A program made the position numbers and the translations under genes. A stretch of DNA of 64,000 nt, taken from assembly GCA_964106915.2 (NCBI GenBank), contig OZ066920.1, one strand, 5' to 3'. The notes beneath the pieces were generated by a model that saw nothing but the letters and a program-made list of their open reading frames with translations, did no database searches and was not told the origin of the DNA. The DNA comes from Podarcis gaigeae. Lineage: Eukaryota. Below, in pieces: positions 39,526 to 50,800 of this stretch (positions within the stretch are counted from its first letter, which is position 1; each line of letters starts with the position of its first letter).

Positions 39526-40411
39526 GGCAGCGGGAGAAGAGCCCCTCGGCGCCAAGCAACCGCCTCTCCCGCTTCGGGCCTTCCCGCGCCGCTTCCTCTC
39601 ACTGTGCCCCCTCAAACCCGCTTCCCACACAACAAGCCGGTTCGTGGTGGATGCGGCTCTTCCTCCTCCTCCTCCTCCTCCTCTGGGCGGCCGCACAAGC
39701 GCTTCCCGGTTAGGCGGCTCTTGCGCATGACGAGGGAGCTGCCGGCGGCCCTTAAAGGCGCCGCAGGACGACACCGCTATAGGCCGCTTGAATGACTGGA
39801 AATGTCGCTCCGCAATTCCCACCGGCAGAAAGGGAGAAGGGTGGGGGGTGGGGGAAAAAAAGAAAAAGAAAATTATTGCTGTTGTTTATTAAATTTGTAC
39901 GCCGCCCTCTACCAGCAGGTCTCAGAACGGTAGCAAAATAAATTCACAGTATAGAAACAAAAAATACACGATGAAAATAAAAGCGAAGACCACCCAGCAG
40001 AGCATCTGATCAGATCGGGCCGGCATTGTCGCTTCTCCCGGTGGGCCAGGCGGCCTCTGAGGCGACGATCTGCAACCGGCCTTTAGACGTCTTGCCACCC
40101 AGAGGTTGGGCGATCTGGGCTTCTGCTGGTGTCCAGCTGAGGGGTCGTCACAGCAGGAGCACCAGCAGCGTCATATGCCTTAAGGTCGCCACCTGTCCCT
40201 TATAATAAGCGACGGTCCTTTATTCCAAGGGGAAATGCTGCTATTCCTCCTCCTCCTCCGCTGAGACGAACGCTGAGCTCCTCCCTCCCGTCTCCGCCGT
40301 TGCCTCCCTCCTGCGTGTCGCGTTCTCTGTCTCTGTCTCTTTTTTTTCCTCTCTCCTTTCCCTACCCATTCCCTGTTACACTAAATCCAGGGAAGCGGGG
40401 GATACTAGGAT

Positions 40412-40450
40412 GCGGCGGCGGCGGCGGCGGCTGCTGCTGCTGCTGCTGCC
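40412..40450. repeat. (GCG)6(GCT)6 compound trinucleotide repeat
   Basis: Read directly; upstream of RMC1. Confidence 0.9.
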
Positions 40451-42191
40451 TGGGTCCTCGTTGCTTTTACGTGCTTCCCTGACCCTGTTCTTTTATAGAG
40501 AGGGTAGGGTGGATATTGCAAATCTATTCTTTGGGTACGAAGGAAACCCCCCCCCCAGACTATTTAAAGTGCTTTAAATGTGTACAGTAGATGAGGACTC
40601 AAAATTCCCTTGCAAGAAACTGTCCCAGTCCTAAATTCACTTTCAGCTTTGAAAATAAGTCCCAATTAAGTTCAGTTGAATTTACTTTCAAATAGAGAGG
40701 ATGGAAGCCTTAAAATGGTTGTTGCTTTTATTTATTTGTTTAAACTGATGCAAAATATTGTATAAAGGACAGGTCCAAAAAGAAAGCACACATGATAACC
40801 CTAGTGGTTAGATGAACTTATCTATGATGCATGTGTGTGAATGTGCCTGGCATTAGCAGCCACATGGAAAAGGATGCTGGAGGCAAAGCTCTCTGAGGAA
40901 GAGAAACAGAATTTGTTGCTATATTCACCTTTTTTTAAATCTGGTTTCTACATTTACCATTCTTCTGACAAGCAGAAAATCAGCAGGTGGGGAGGATGTG
41001 AGTCATTGAAATTAATGTGCATTGCGAACTTAGATCCGTAAATTTCATTTGGTCTCCTCTTTACAAGTATGACCAGCACTGGAAACAACCCATTGCAATG
41101 GATTGCTTTAAAGTCATTTCTGCATCCGCTAAATTTTTACACACCCACCCCAATTCCCCCCTCCCAACTTGCCCCATATTTTGCCCAGCCAAAGGTGGCA
41201 ACCCTAATGTCAGTGCATGCTAAAATGTCAAGGAGTAGTCCCCAAAGGCATGTTTGAGTTAAAAGTGGGTCCTGGGTCTGTTGATACTGGCAGCTGGCAG
41301 CTTTCCAGGGTTGTGGGCATTCCCAGGCCTACCTGGAGATGCCAGGGATTGAACCCAGGACCTTCTGTGTTGCAAATGTACTGAGCTACAGCCCCAATTT
41401 AGCAAACAAACATTTGCTGCAATTCTGTACATGCTTACTTGGCACCAAGTTCCATTGAATCTAGTGGGCAGTGCTTCTAATGTACAGGATTACATAAATC
41501 CTAGAAATTTGTCTAAACTTCAAAAGTCAATTTAACTAATAGCTATCATAATTTCTTGACCCCACAGATTTCATAATTGCATATTGTGTGACCAAGTGTC
41601 CAAATCTTGCTATCATTAGGCAATGAGGTAATAGGACCTGCAAGCTCTGCACTAAGTTGCCTGCTACTTTCAGATGCCGAGGAGCAAGGTGGGTCATTGC
41701 CTTAGTTAAAGGACGATGCAGCTGCCCATCAGGTCAGCTTCTGGACAGAGAATAGAAGATGCACACCATCTTGCACATCTCTTCTGCCAACAAAATGCCA
41801 CAGAATAGACATGTTTCCCACTGTGGGGAGACTTGGCTCTCAACATGACAAATATTAAAGCATTTTACTTTCAATGCTTTTGTAAACCAGGGAAGGATCA
41901 CCTCCAGAAGAATCCTGCCATCAGTACTGGGTTGTATAAACAACTGTATCCATTATAACTGGATACGCAGAAGCATACTTGTACTAAGTTTCCAGGGCAG
42001 CTAAATGTCAATGTAATGCTACTTTGTAATATTAAAATGAGAAAAAAGTTTCTAATGACCTCAGGATTAGCATTACTCTGGGGAAGGCCTTTGAGATGTG
42101 TTTAGAAAAAGGCAACAGTGGATGTACTATTTGTCTTTGACCTCTTTGGACCAGTTCTGTCAAGCCTCTTATGTCCTACACACACTGCCCA

Positions 42192-42675
42192 ACATCAATC
42201 AATCAATCGCTGTATTTGACTAAAAGCCATTACAAATCCAATTACAAAACCAGCAAATCCAATAAAACCTGTAAAGAAAGATCCAGAAATAAGCAACCAT
42301 TTACAATAAATCAAATTAATGAATCCCCTGCACAATCTAGTGTTGTCTTTTATGTGACTAGCATAAATACTTTTAGTGGCTTTTGCGAATAAAGCTGCTT
42401 TATATGTGACAAGTGGGTCACAGTCATATAATAGCCAACATATTTTCACTTCTGGGTTCTGTCCCCTGTTCCAAAAATCTTTCTGGGGTTTTGATAGAGC
42501 TGAGCTGACAATGGAGTATGTATGTAATGGGGAAGATCTAAATTCACCTGCCCCACAAATACAGAATCTTAAATGCATTGGAACTTTCCTGTATCTTCCA
42601 TCTAAGACTGATGTGGGCATTGATTGAAAGTGTAGAATTGTAAAAGCAGTTCTCAGGGAGGCAAAGGGAGGCCTT
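42192..42675 (-). mobile_element. Non-LTR retrotransposon ORF2 C-terminal fragment with (ATTG)n tail (family uncertain)
   Basis: LRTAFTILHFQSMPTSVLDGRYRKVPMHLRFCICG... resembles the C-terminal Cys-rich region of a LINE ORF2; (TCAA)n on + marks the 3' tail. Confidence 0.6.
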
Positions 42676-43327
42676 TTGCTGTTGAAGAGGGTTTTGGTTT
42701 TACTTACAATACCAAAATTTGTGAAGGTGGCTGCAGTAGCTGAATCATTAACAAGACCACCATACCATTTCCAAACAAATGCTCTTCTAAAATGTGTTGG
42801 GGAGGGGGGATTATTGGGCTGTCCTTGTTTTTATTTCTATTATGTATTTTGCATTTTTATACTGTGATTTTATGTTGTGAACCGCCCTGAGACCTACGGT
42901 TATAGGGCGGTACACAATAATAATAAAAAATGCAGGTCATCTGAAAGGTTGGCCAAAGGGTATTTTTTTTAAAAAAACAACCCAAAGAATTTTCAATAGT
43001 TCTTAATACCCAATTTAGTAAAAGCCTATCAGGAACATCATAAGAGTTTTAAAAAGCACACATTACACTTCTGCTACATTAATTGGATGGCTGCATTTGA
43101 TTGTACTTGCCAATGTCTTATTTGAAAATTGATCAGATTTTATATGGACAGGTAAATACAATGCATACTTTAAATATCTTTTCTATAGACCAGCCTCTCA
43201 GCATGTTACACTCATTCACTTTTGTGAGAATGATGGATTTTGAACTAGAATGTAATTTTTAAAGCTGGACAAAGACAAAAGCTGGACAAAAAAACTCTAC
43301 ACGAACACAGGGACAAGATCAGATTTG

Positions 43328-43333
43328 TTTATT
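43328..43333 (-). terminator. Candidate RIOK3 polyadenylation signal
   Basis: AATAAA on the - strand about 1.4 kb beyond the stop, at the end of an AT-rich repeat-free stretch; a proximal candidate lies at 44121-44126. Confidence 0.4.
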
Positions 43334-44750
43334 ATCCCTCTTATTTTTGCATGGAACGAGCTTTTCCATAGGCCACTATGAGAGCTTCACACAGCAAGTC
43401 TCTCACTACAACATAATGAAGGGATCTAAAAGAAGAAATCTGAAAACAAAAGATGACCATTCTAAAATTTTACCACCTACTAAGTCCATTAATCCAATAA
43501 ATCTGTCAGTGAATGAACTGTTTTTTAATACTGACCTTAGTGAAATGATACAATTTAGTTACACTTAGGTACACTCCAAGAATGAAATCAACAATACATG
43601 AATAGAGAGGCAAGTCTGTCCTCAACTTCCATATAAGATCTTGTAGACATGTTCATTGTTACAGGACTCTAGATTTCTTACACATATGCATCACCAAGGA
43701 TTTGTGTTCTATTGGGTTTTTTGTTTATGTGGTCATATCAACTGCATCAAATTGTATTACATGAGAGGCTACGTTACATACACATGCGGAGAGAAAAGAT
43801 GTTTTCTGAATCACACCTAAAGAATCTCTTGTGCAAAGATGTACATTTACTATCATCTCAAGTTTATGCATTTAGGATACAACTGTACAGAAGCTTCTTC
43901 TGCTGTGCATCCTTACTAATTTTGTGTAATTTAGACTTGTTTATATTTTCCCCCAAAGCTGCCTCCATGTGAGAATCATACTAAGGTGCCTTCTGTTCAA
44001 GTATTGTTCAAGAAACAAAGACCAAATGTTTTTGCTATAATCCAGTAGCAAGTTTCTTCTTTCAGCATTTAACATAATGGCCTGCATATTTAAGAATCAA
44101 ATTACAGGAAAAGAGTTTTTTTTATTATTGTGTAAAAATCATATAAAATGTTTTAGGCTGTTCTTAGTGATTAATATAAATTTTGTATATCGAATATTAA
44201 AGTTTTTGTAAAAATAGTAAACTTTTGATATGAAATCAATGTTGAATATAGTTATGAAACATAATGTGAGCCTCCCTTTAACCATACACTATTAAAATTA
44301 AAGTCTGTGCATAAACCATACGCACAAAAAGTTTTAAACTTTTTCCTCCATCAGATATACCACTATGTAAAAGTGTAAGGGGAAGGAAAGAGTATCAATC
44401 ACTCTTTCCCATTTTTATGTTGTACTTTAGTTTAGTCTGAAATTGTGACATTAAATAAATTAAATATTTCATCACACCATATTCTTAACTCAGCTGCACT
44501 GACCTGAAAAATTCATGTCAGATTAAAAAGGAAAATTACTTCCCATTGTCAGAGAGCCATGTAGTTGACAGTCCCAGTGACCTAACGTGGGCTTGTCTGA
44601 AAAACACACCAAAGCACCAATGCACGTTCCCTGAAGTTTCATTTATGGCATTCTGAGTTGACCATAACTTCTGTTGCTTTTGGCAGCTGACATTTAATCA
44701 CTGCACTTAATGTAAGATGCAAAAAAGATGTTTCAGTTCAACTCAAAGTG

Positions 44751-44858
44751 CTATTCATTGCAAGATGTTGGTGGACTCCCATAATCACTCGGATACAAAG
44801 ACACCTTTTCCCCATGATTTTGAACATGATCTTCACTCATCTTCTCCAAAGCTTCAAT
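44751..44858 (-). CDS. RIOK3: RIOK3 exon 13 (last)
   Basis: IEALEKMSEDHVQNHGEKVSLYPSDYGSPPTSCNE, TAG at 44753-44751. Confidence 0.92.
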   Translation of the reverse strand: MEALEKMSEDHVQNHGEKVSLYPSDYGSPPTSCNE

Positions 44859-47800
44859 CTATAAAACAGAAAGACACATAGTAGTCAGAAACAGACTATA
44901 TTTAAATGTACTGCAATTCTGCTTGGCATGATACCAATTTGCTGAACTTGTACTGCCTTTGTCTTCACCTTTTATTGTTGTCAAATTACTGATCAGCTCA
45001 TGTTTAAACAATTGTGAGTTCATACAAAAAGCCTGTTATTGAGCTTTGCCGATTTTATTTTCTTCCTGTTTCACCAGCATTACCATCCTCGACATTTTTT
45101 CCCTTGCAGAAGCAAAATAGATTGACACACCATATGCAAGATAGTCTCACCTGGTAACAAAACATCTTTTGTGCTGGGGAAAATGAACAAGGCATAATGG
45201 GAAATGCAGATAACAGCACCATCAGCTCAGCCCACACACAATTATGTTCTAAGAACAAGGAGTTAGTTGGGATTTTCATACATAGTTTAGTGAAAATACT
45301 GCTTCTGTTGAACCATTCCCAGTGGTTCCTATACAAGCATATTCAATGGAAATATTATCTGCATGTTTAACTAAGAGCCAAATTAAAGTCAAAATCACAG
45401 ACCCATGTTAGTGAAAACAAAGTCCACAGAAACCAAGCAACTGCAGACAACTAATTCCTTTGAGCCTCAGAGGACCTTTGGTCTCGAGTTTCCCCAAACA
45501 GCAGCAGTCTATGCCATATGGCAATCCACTACTGAAACTGTTTTGAAAAGCAGTTTGTGTACACCTGACTATTAGCTTAGGTCTTCGCTGAAATGTAATG
45601 TCAGTCTATGGTTCTGGTGGTTGCAATTACATTGTTTTGCTGATATGCTGTTTGGTGTATAATTTATGTATATTCTACAGTTTCATTGTTACCACTCTAG
45701 AATTGCTAACTGCAGTGAACATCACAATACAATTGTTTAAAATAAATGTTTATTGTCTAAGTTACAAATAATTCATTAATTTTAGAGTTTTAACAAGCCT
45801 GTTTTCAATTTGAAAAATTCTCTTAAAGTTGACATTGAACGCCAAACCCAAATATACTATTTTTGCAGTTCACTACTCTAACTCACAATACTAAAAAAAA
45901 AGGGGGGGGGGGAGGGAATCCAGTAGGCTTTTTATCTGAGTTCTGATTTTATTGTTTTAATTCATTTTAGTTTTATTGTATTGAGCCTTCTCCATAGCAC
46001 TTAGATTTGACTGTAATTAAGCAGTACATATAATGTCTAAAATAAGTAGCAAAATGAGTATAGCTAATACAAGAACAATTTTCCTAAGAAAACACACACA
46101 GCAGAAAGCATTGTCAGATCAAGTTAAAGGTAAAGGTAAAGGTACCCCTGCCCGTACGGGCCAGTCTTGACAGACTCTGGGGTTGTGCGCCCATCTCACT
46201 CAAGAGGCCAGGGGCCAGCGCTGTCCGGAGACACTTCCGGGTCACGTGGCCAGCGTGACATCGCTGCTCTGGCAAGCCAGAGCCGCACACGGAAACGCTG
46301 TTTACCTTCCCGCTGGTAAGCGGTCCCTATTTATCTACTTGCACCCGGAGGTGCTTTCGAACTGCTAGGTTGGCAGGCGCTGGGACCGAGCCGCGGGAGC
46401 GCACCCCGCCGCAGGGATTCGAACCGCCGACCTTTCGATCAGCAAGTCCTAGACGCTGAGGCTTTAACCCACAGTGCCATCTGCATCCCCAGATCAAGTT
46501 AGGTCTGGTTAATTATTTGTGCCCCAAGACTCAGGATTTTCAGGACTATGATAAAAACTGGTTTTCTGAAAACCCTACATTTGCTCACTTTATTGGGCAG
46601 GTTAACGCTTTGTCTCTTGTAGAAACCAAGGGTTTCACTAAAATGGTACATGAATAAGTTTCATGAATAGTACTCACACATATATTCCTAGGGGGAATGC
46701 TTCATATTTAGACAGAAAGGCTGGGTCACACAAAGACAAGCGGCATGTCCAAATGTATGAATAACAATGCAAAAAAATTGGGCTCAACTCTGCCTTCATA
46801 ATGCAGATCTCTCTGCACATTCTAAGAGCTGCTCTGAGTGCAACCTAGTGAATAAGATCATATTTATACTCCCCCTCCCCCACACACTCCAAGGTGAGGC
46901 GAACTTACCTCAGCTAAGAAGTCCACTTCATTGTCAGCTGCTAAGTTTAAACCTGAGACAGCATTGAAGAGCTCTCTTTCACCGAGTGTTTCAGACACAC
47001 CATTCTTCTGGAAGAACTTTCATTAAAAGCAAAGATAAGTTTAACCATTGAATTCATAAAAGCATTCCCCCCCCTTCTTTCTCTCTTTCTTTAGTCTAGC
47101 AGTTGTTTGAGGTAGCTATTATTTGTGGACATTTGGACTTGCAATAAGATTTTCCTAAGCTTTCTAGCCTGCATTTCTCCCACACAAATACAAGCATGTT
47201 TTATAAGCCTGTGTTGTCTTATTTTCGAAGGGGAGTGGAGTCTCCAGATCAAGGTCAGGGCCTTGAATAAAGTATTTTGATAACCTATTAAAAAGACCTA
47301 TTAAAAGGTTTTTTGTTTTTTGTATTACAAGCAACTAAGAGACCAAAAATCAATTACAATTTAAGATGTTTTCAACTCTTCCTTGAATGTCCCTGAATAT
47401 AATTCTCTCTCTTCCCCACTAAAATTAAACCTACATTTTCAGAATGAAGTGATAAATATTTTGAGAAAACTTCCATATACATTTTAAGATATATGCACTT
47501 CTACAGATACAAATACAAAATAACAAGATTGTCAGACGCTTTACCTGTGAAACATTCCTGCAATCTCTAAACAAGAACTGGAGTCCATGTGGGTGAGTGG
47601 GCTCCACAGACTGACTGACATCAATTAACCAGACCTATAATATAAATAAGATGAGTATTTCAGATATTTGCATATGGGACCATCTCTAGTTATTTTTCTC
47701 CATGCAGAATCTGCTTACCTTTCCCCCTTGCCACAGCATGTTGTATTCACTTAGGTCAGCATGAACTAAACTGCACTCTTTATACAACTGTTGCATCATC

Positions 47801-50800
47801 TAGAAACAAGCAGCAAGTTATTAATGGGAATGCTCTCCATGCCACTAAATTATTATTCAGTATTACCACTAAAGACTGATTAGTGTATGCATGAGTACAT
47901 ACATGCTGGATACAGAAAGCAACCATATGAAAGAACCTTTGCTTATTTTTCAGAAACAAAATATTACCAAGTTAAATTACAGATAATATTTGGCATGCTC
48001 ACTCTAGTTAGCTTATCTGAACAGTGCAGAAGTGCAATTGCATATGACTGATAGGCATGTTTTTTAAATGCCCTAATCACTCTTGCTTCTACTAAAAGTA
48101 CTTAGCCATGACTTTTTATAGTACACTTACTACACTAAGAAAAAACAAAAAAAATTCCTTCCAGTAGCACCTTAAAGACCAACTAAGACTTAGTTGGTCT
48201 TTAAGGTGCTACTGGAAGGATTTTTTATTTTTTTTTTACTATGGCAGACCAACACGGCTACCTATCTGTAACTACACTAAGAAAGACTGTCAATCTCGGG
48301 AGTGTTAAATATAATCCAAGTATTGTGGGACTCTAGGAAATACTGTTGTAAAGATAATTGATGGTTTCACAGAACCAACACTTTCAGTGGTCCTGTATTC
48401 AAATTTTTGTTCAAGCTACTTGTAGTAATCTTTGACTCCAATACAGTTCTGACTAAAAAGACAATATAATTAAAGTACATAGTAAAACCACATTAACACA
48501 TCCATAATAAATAAGCCTATTAAAAGAGCATAACAGTTAAAACAACCATCAAATAAAGTATTTCAAGATCAGGGAAATGCTTGTTGAAACAGGTGCATCT
48601 TTAAGAGCAGGTGGAATGCCAATACTGATGGGGCCTCCCATGTTCCACAACACTGGTGCCCCTAATGAAAATGCCAGACTCCATATTACAAGCCAATAAT
48701 CAGGCCATGGAAAAACTAATGGGCTTCATTTGATGATCTTAACAACCTTACCAGACAGCGGAGGGACCCTACATGCACATTTATATAAATTCAGTAAGTA
48801 AATAAATAAATAAATATTCATCAATTATCTGTTATTGAAAGGAACTCTTGCCAATAGTTTCAAGACAAGACAATTGTATTGATCTTACATGAAGAACCTG
48901 ATAGTAAGCCTTCTTCATGTCTTCGCTACTGAGTTTTACTTCTTTTAGTTTAGGAGCTGGAACTTGATCCTGGCCAATGAAGGACATAACTAAGACATGC
49001 TTTTTAAGGGTAACCACTTCTGGACAAGGAATGCCAGCTGCCTGCATTCTGTGAAGAAGACGAAAAAAGCATTAGAGCATAAGTATTTACAGCTAGTCAA
49101 AACTCACCAACATGCCTACACTGTCATACCTGTTTTGACTCAATTACAGTTACTGGCTCTTTATAAAAGCATACAACAGGGTCGTGAATCTTCTCAGCTG
49201 AGCTGGCAAGATCCTTAAGCTCACCCACCTTTGGTGGGTCACTTTGACAGGTGGATGGGGCTGCCCACCTGTCAATCACCTGACATCAGGTCACCCATTT
49301 CTCCTTTGCAGCACAGCTTGAATTCAAGACAGCCAGTGTGGTGTAGTGGTTAAGAGCGGTAGTCTCGTAATCTGGTGAACCGGGTTCGCATCTCCACTCC
49401 TCCACATGCAGCTGCTGGGTGACCTTGGGCTAGTCACACTTCTCTGAAGTATCTCAGCCCCACTCACCTCACAGAGTGTTTGTTGTGGGGGAGGAAGGGA
49501 AAGGAGAATGTGAGCAGCTTTGAGACTCCTGAAGGGGAGTGAAAGGCGGGATATCAAATCCAAACTCTTCTTCTTCTTCTTCCATCAGTTAAAAGACATT
49601 TTAACTGATTCAACTGGAGCTTGAAGTCACTGCCAATCAAGCAAACCCTGTTTGATTCCGCATTGTGAGGCTCTTATCAATCCTCTGCACCCATGTCTTT
49701 CCCTGCCCCACACCAAACATCATATACAACATACAAGGTGGATTGGGGGCCAAATTAGGCACATTTATACCAGCCTGAATTAGACTTGTGGGCTGCAGAT
49801 TCCTCATTACTGCCATATAACATTTTAATAACAGCTTTAAATGTATTAACTAATGGGTTGTACTCAATTATGATTTATGCTGGATTTTTTTTATTTTTAA
49901 CCATTTTGTATAGCTTTGTATTTTATTGTATACACCAACTGGACAGGCAATATATAGTTTTAAATAAATTAAGATTTAAAGCAAAACAGTTACTTGTACA
50001 GTATAGCAAATAATAATTGTAAACAATGTAAAATATTTTATACATAAAGGAACATGGTTCAAGACACGTAGTCAATGTTGAAGGGAGATTTTACTTGGTT
50101 TTCAACAAGATGCTACAGCTTATTCATTTCCATACCTTTTTAAGTTCCATACCTTTTTAAGCAACTACATTTCCATACCTTTTTAAGTTGTGCATTTCTT
50201 TCTCAGCCCACATTCGGATTATCTTTCGTGGATTCAGTTTGCTGAAACGATCCCTGAACCTATAATCATCTTTGATATATTTATCACGATTCTTAAATTC
50301 ATTCAGAGTTGTTTTAAACACCTTTATAGCACATTCTGAAGGTATGGTGCTAGCATCCTCACCCAAACTTTAAGAGGAGAAAAAAAGAAGTTTTAGTTAC
50401 ATGCCTACAAACCAATTTTAAAGAAGCTTCAACCAGTAAAACAGATGAGAAAGTATAGATAAGGCAAAAGACGAGAACATATTTGGAAAATTATTTCATT
50501 GCATTATATCTCAATATGTCAGCTTTGAAACATTTGACCATTGAACTAGTTAAATATTCATTTTATAATCATGTATATTTTACATTACTAGATTTAAATA
50601 GTAGATTTAACTTAAGGTTTCAGTATAGCCTATGATATTATTTATTTTAAGGAAGGGGGACAAGTGTTATCCTGCATACTTCCACCGCAACAATTTTATA
50701 AAATCTAAGGTAACGAACAGTATACAAGTATTCCAAATACTATGTTGCTCTGCAGTTGCTCTCAGTTTTACACAATACAAGTATCATAACCATATTTTTA

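Larger units (their letters stand above)
39190..40460. promoter_or_regulatory. CpG island / RMC1 promoter
   Basis: Dense CpG and high GC around RMC1 exon 1; GC boxes, an NRF1-like TGCGCATG near 39722 and a (CCT)n tract. Confidence 0.8.

Noticed and set aside
39196-39795. 199-aa ORF on + (longest in the track), antisense to RMC1 exon 1
   Set aside because: It is a low-complexity R/P/G/S-rich product of a GC-rich island where stop codons are scarce, with no recognisable domain.
39526-39822. 99-codon in-frame open extension upstream of the RMC1 ATG (GTG start, poly-Gly)
   Set aside because: The ATG at 39525 has an optimal Kozak context and matches the orthologous N-terminus. The extension probably runs past the TSS and is expected by chance in GC-rich DNA.
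40412-40450. Possible polyalanine-coding exon from (GCG)6(GCT)6
   Set aside because: There is an in-frame stop just upstream and no convincing splice sites or start codon in that frame.
49328-49400. tRNA-like A/B-box sequences here and in the Sauria SINE heads
   Set aside because: These are SINE heads continuous with SINE bodies and tails, with no complete cloverleaf.
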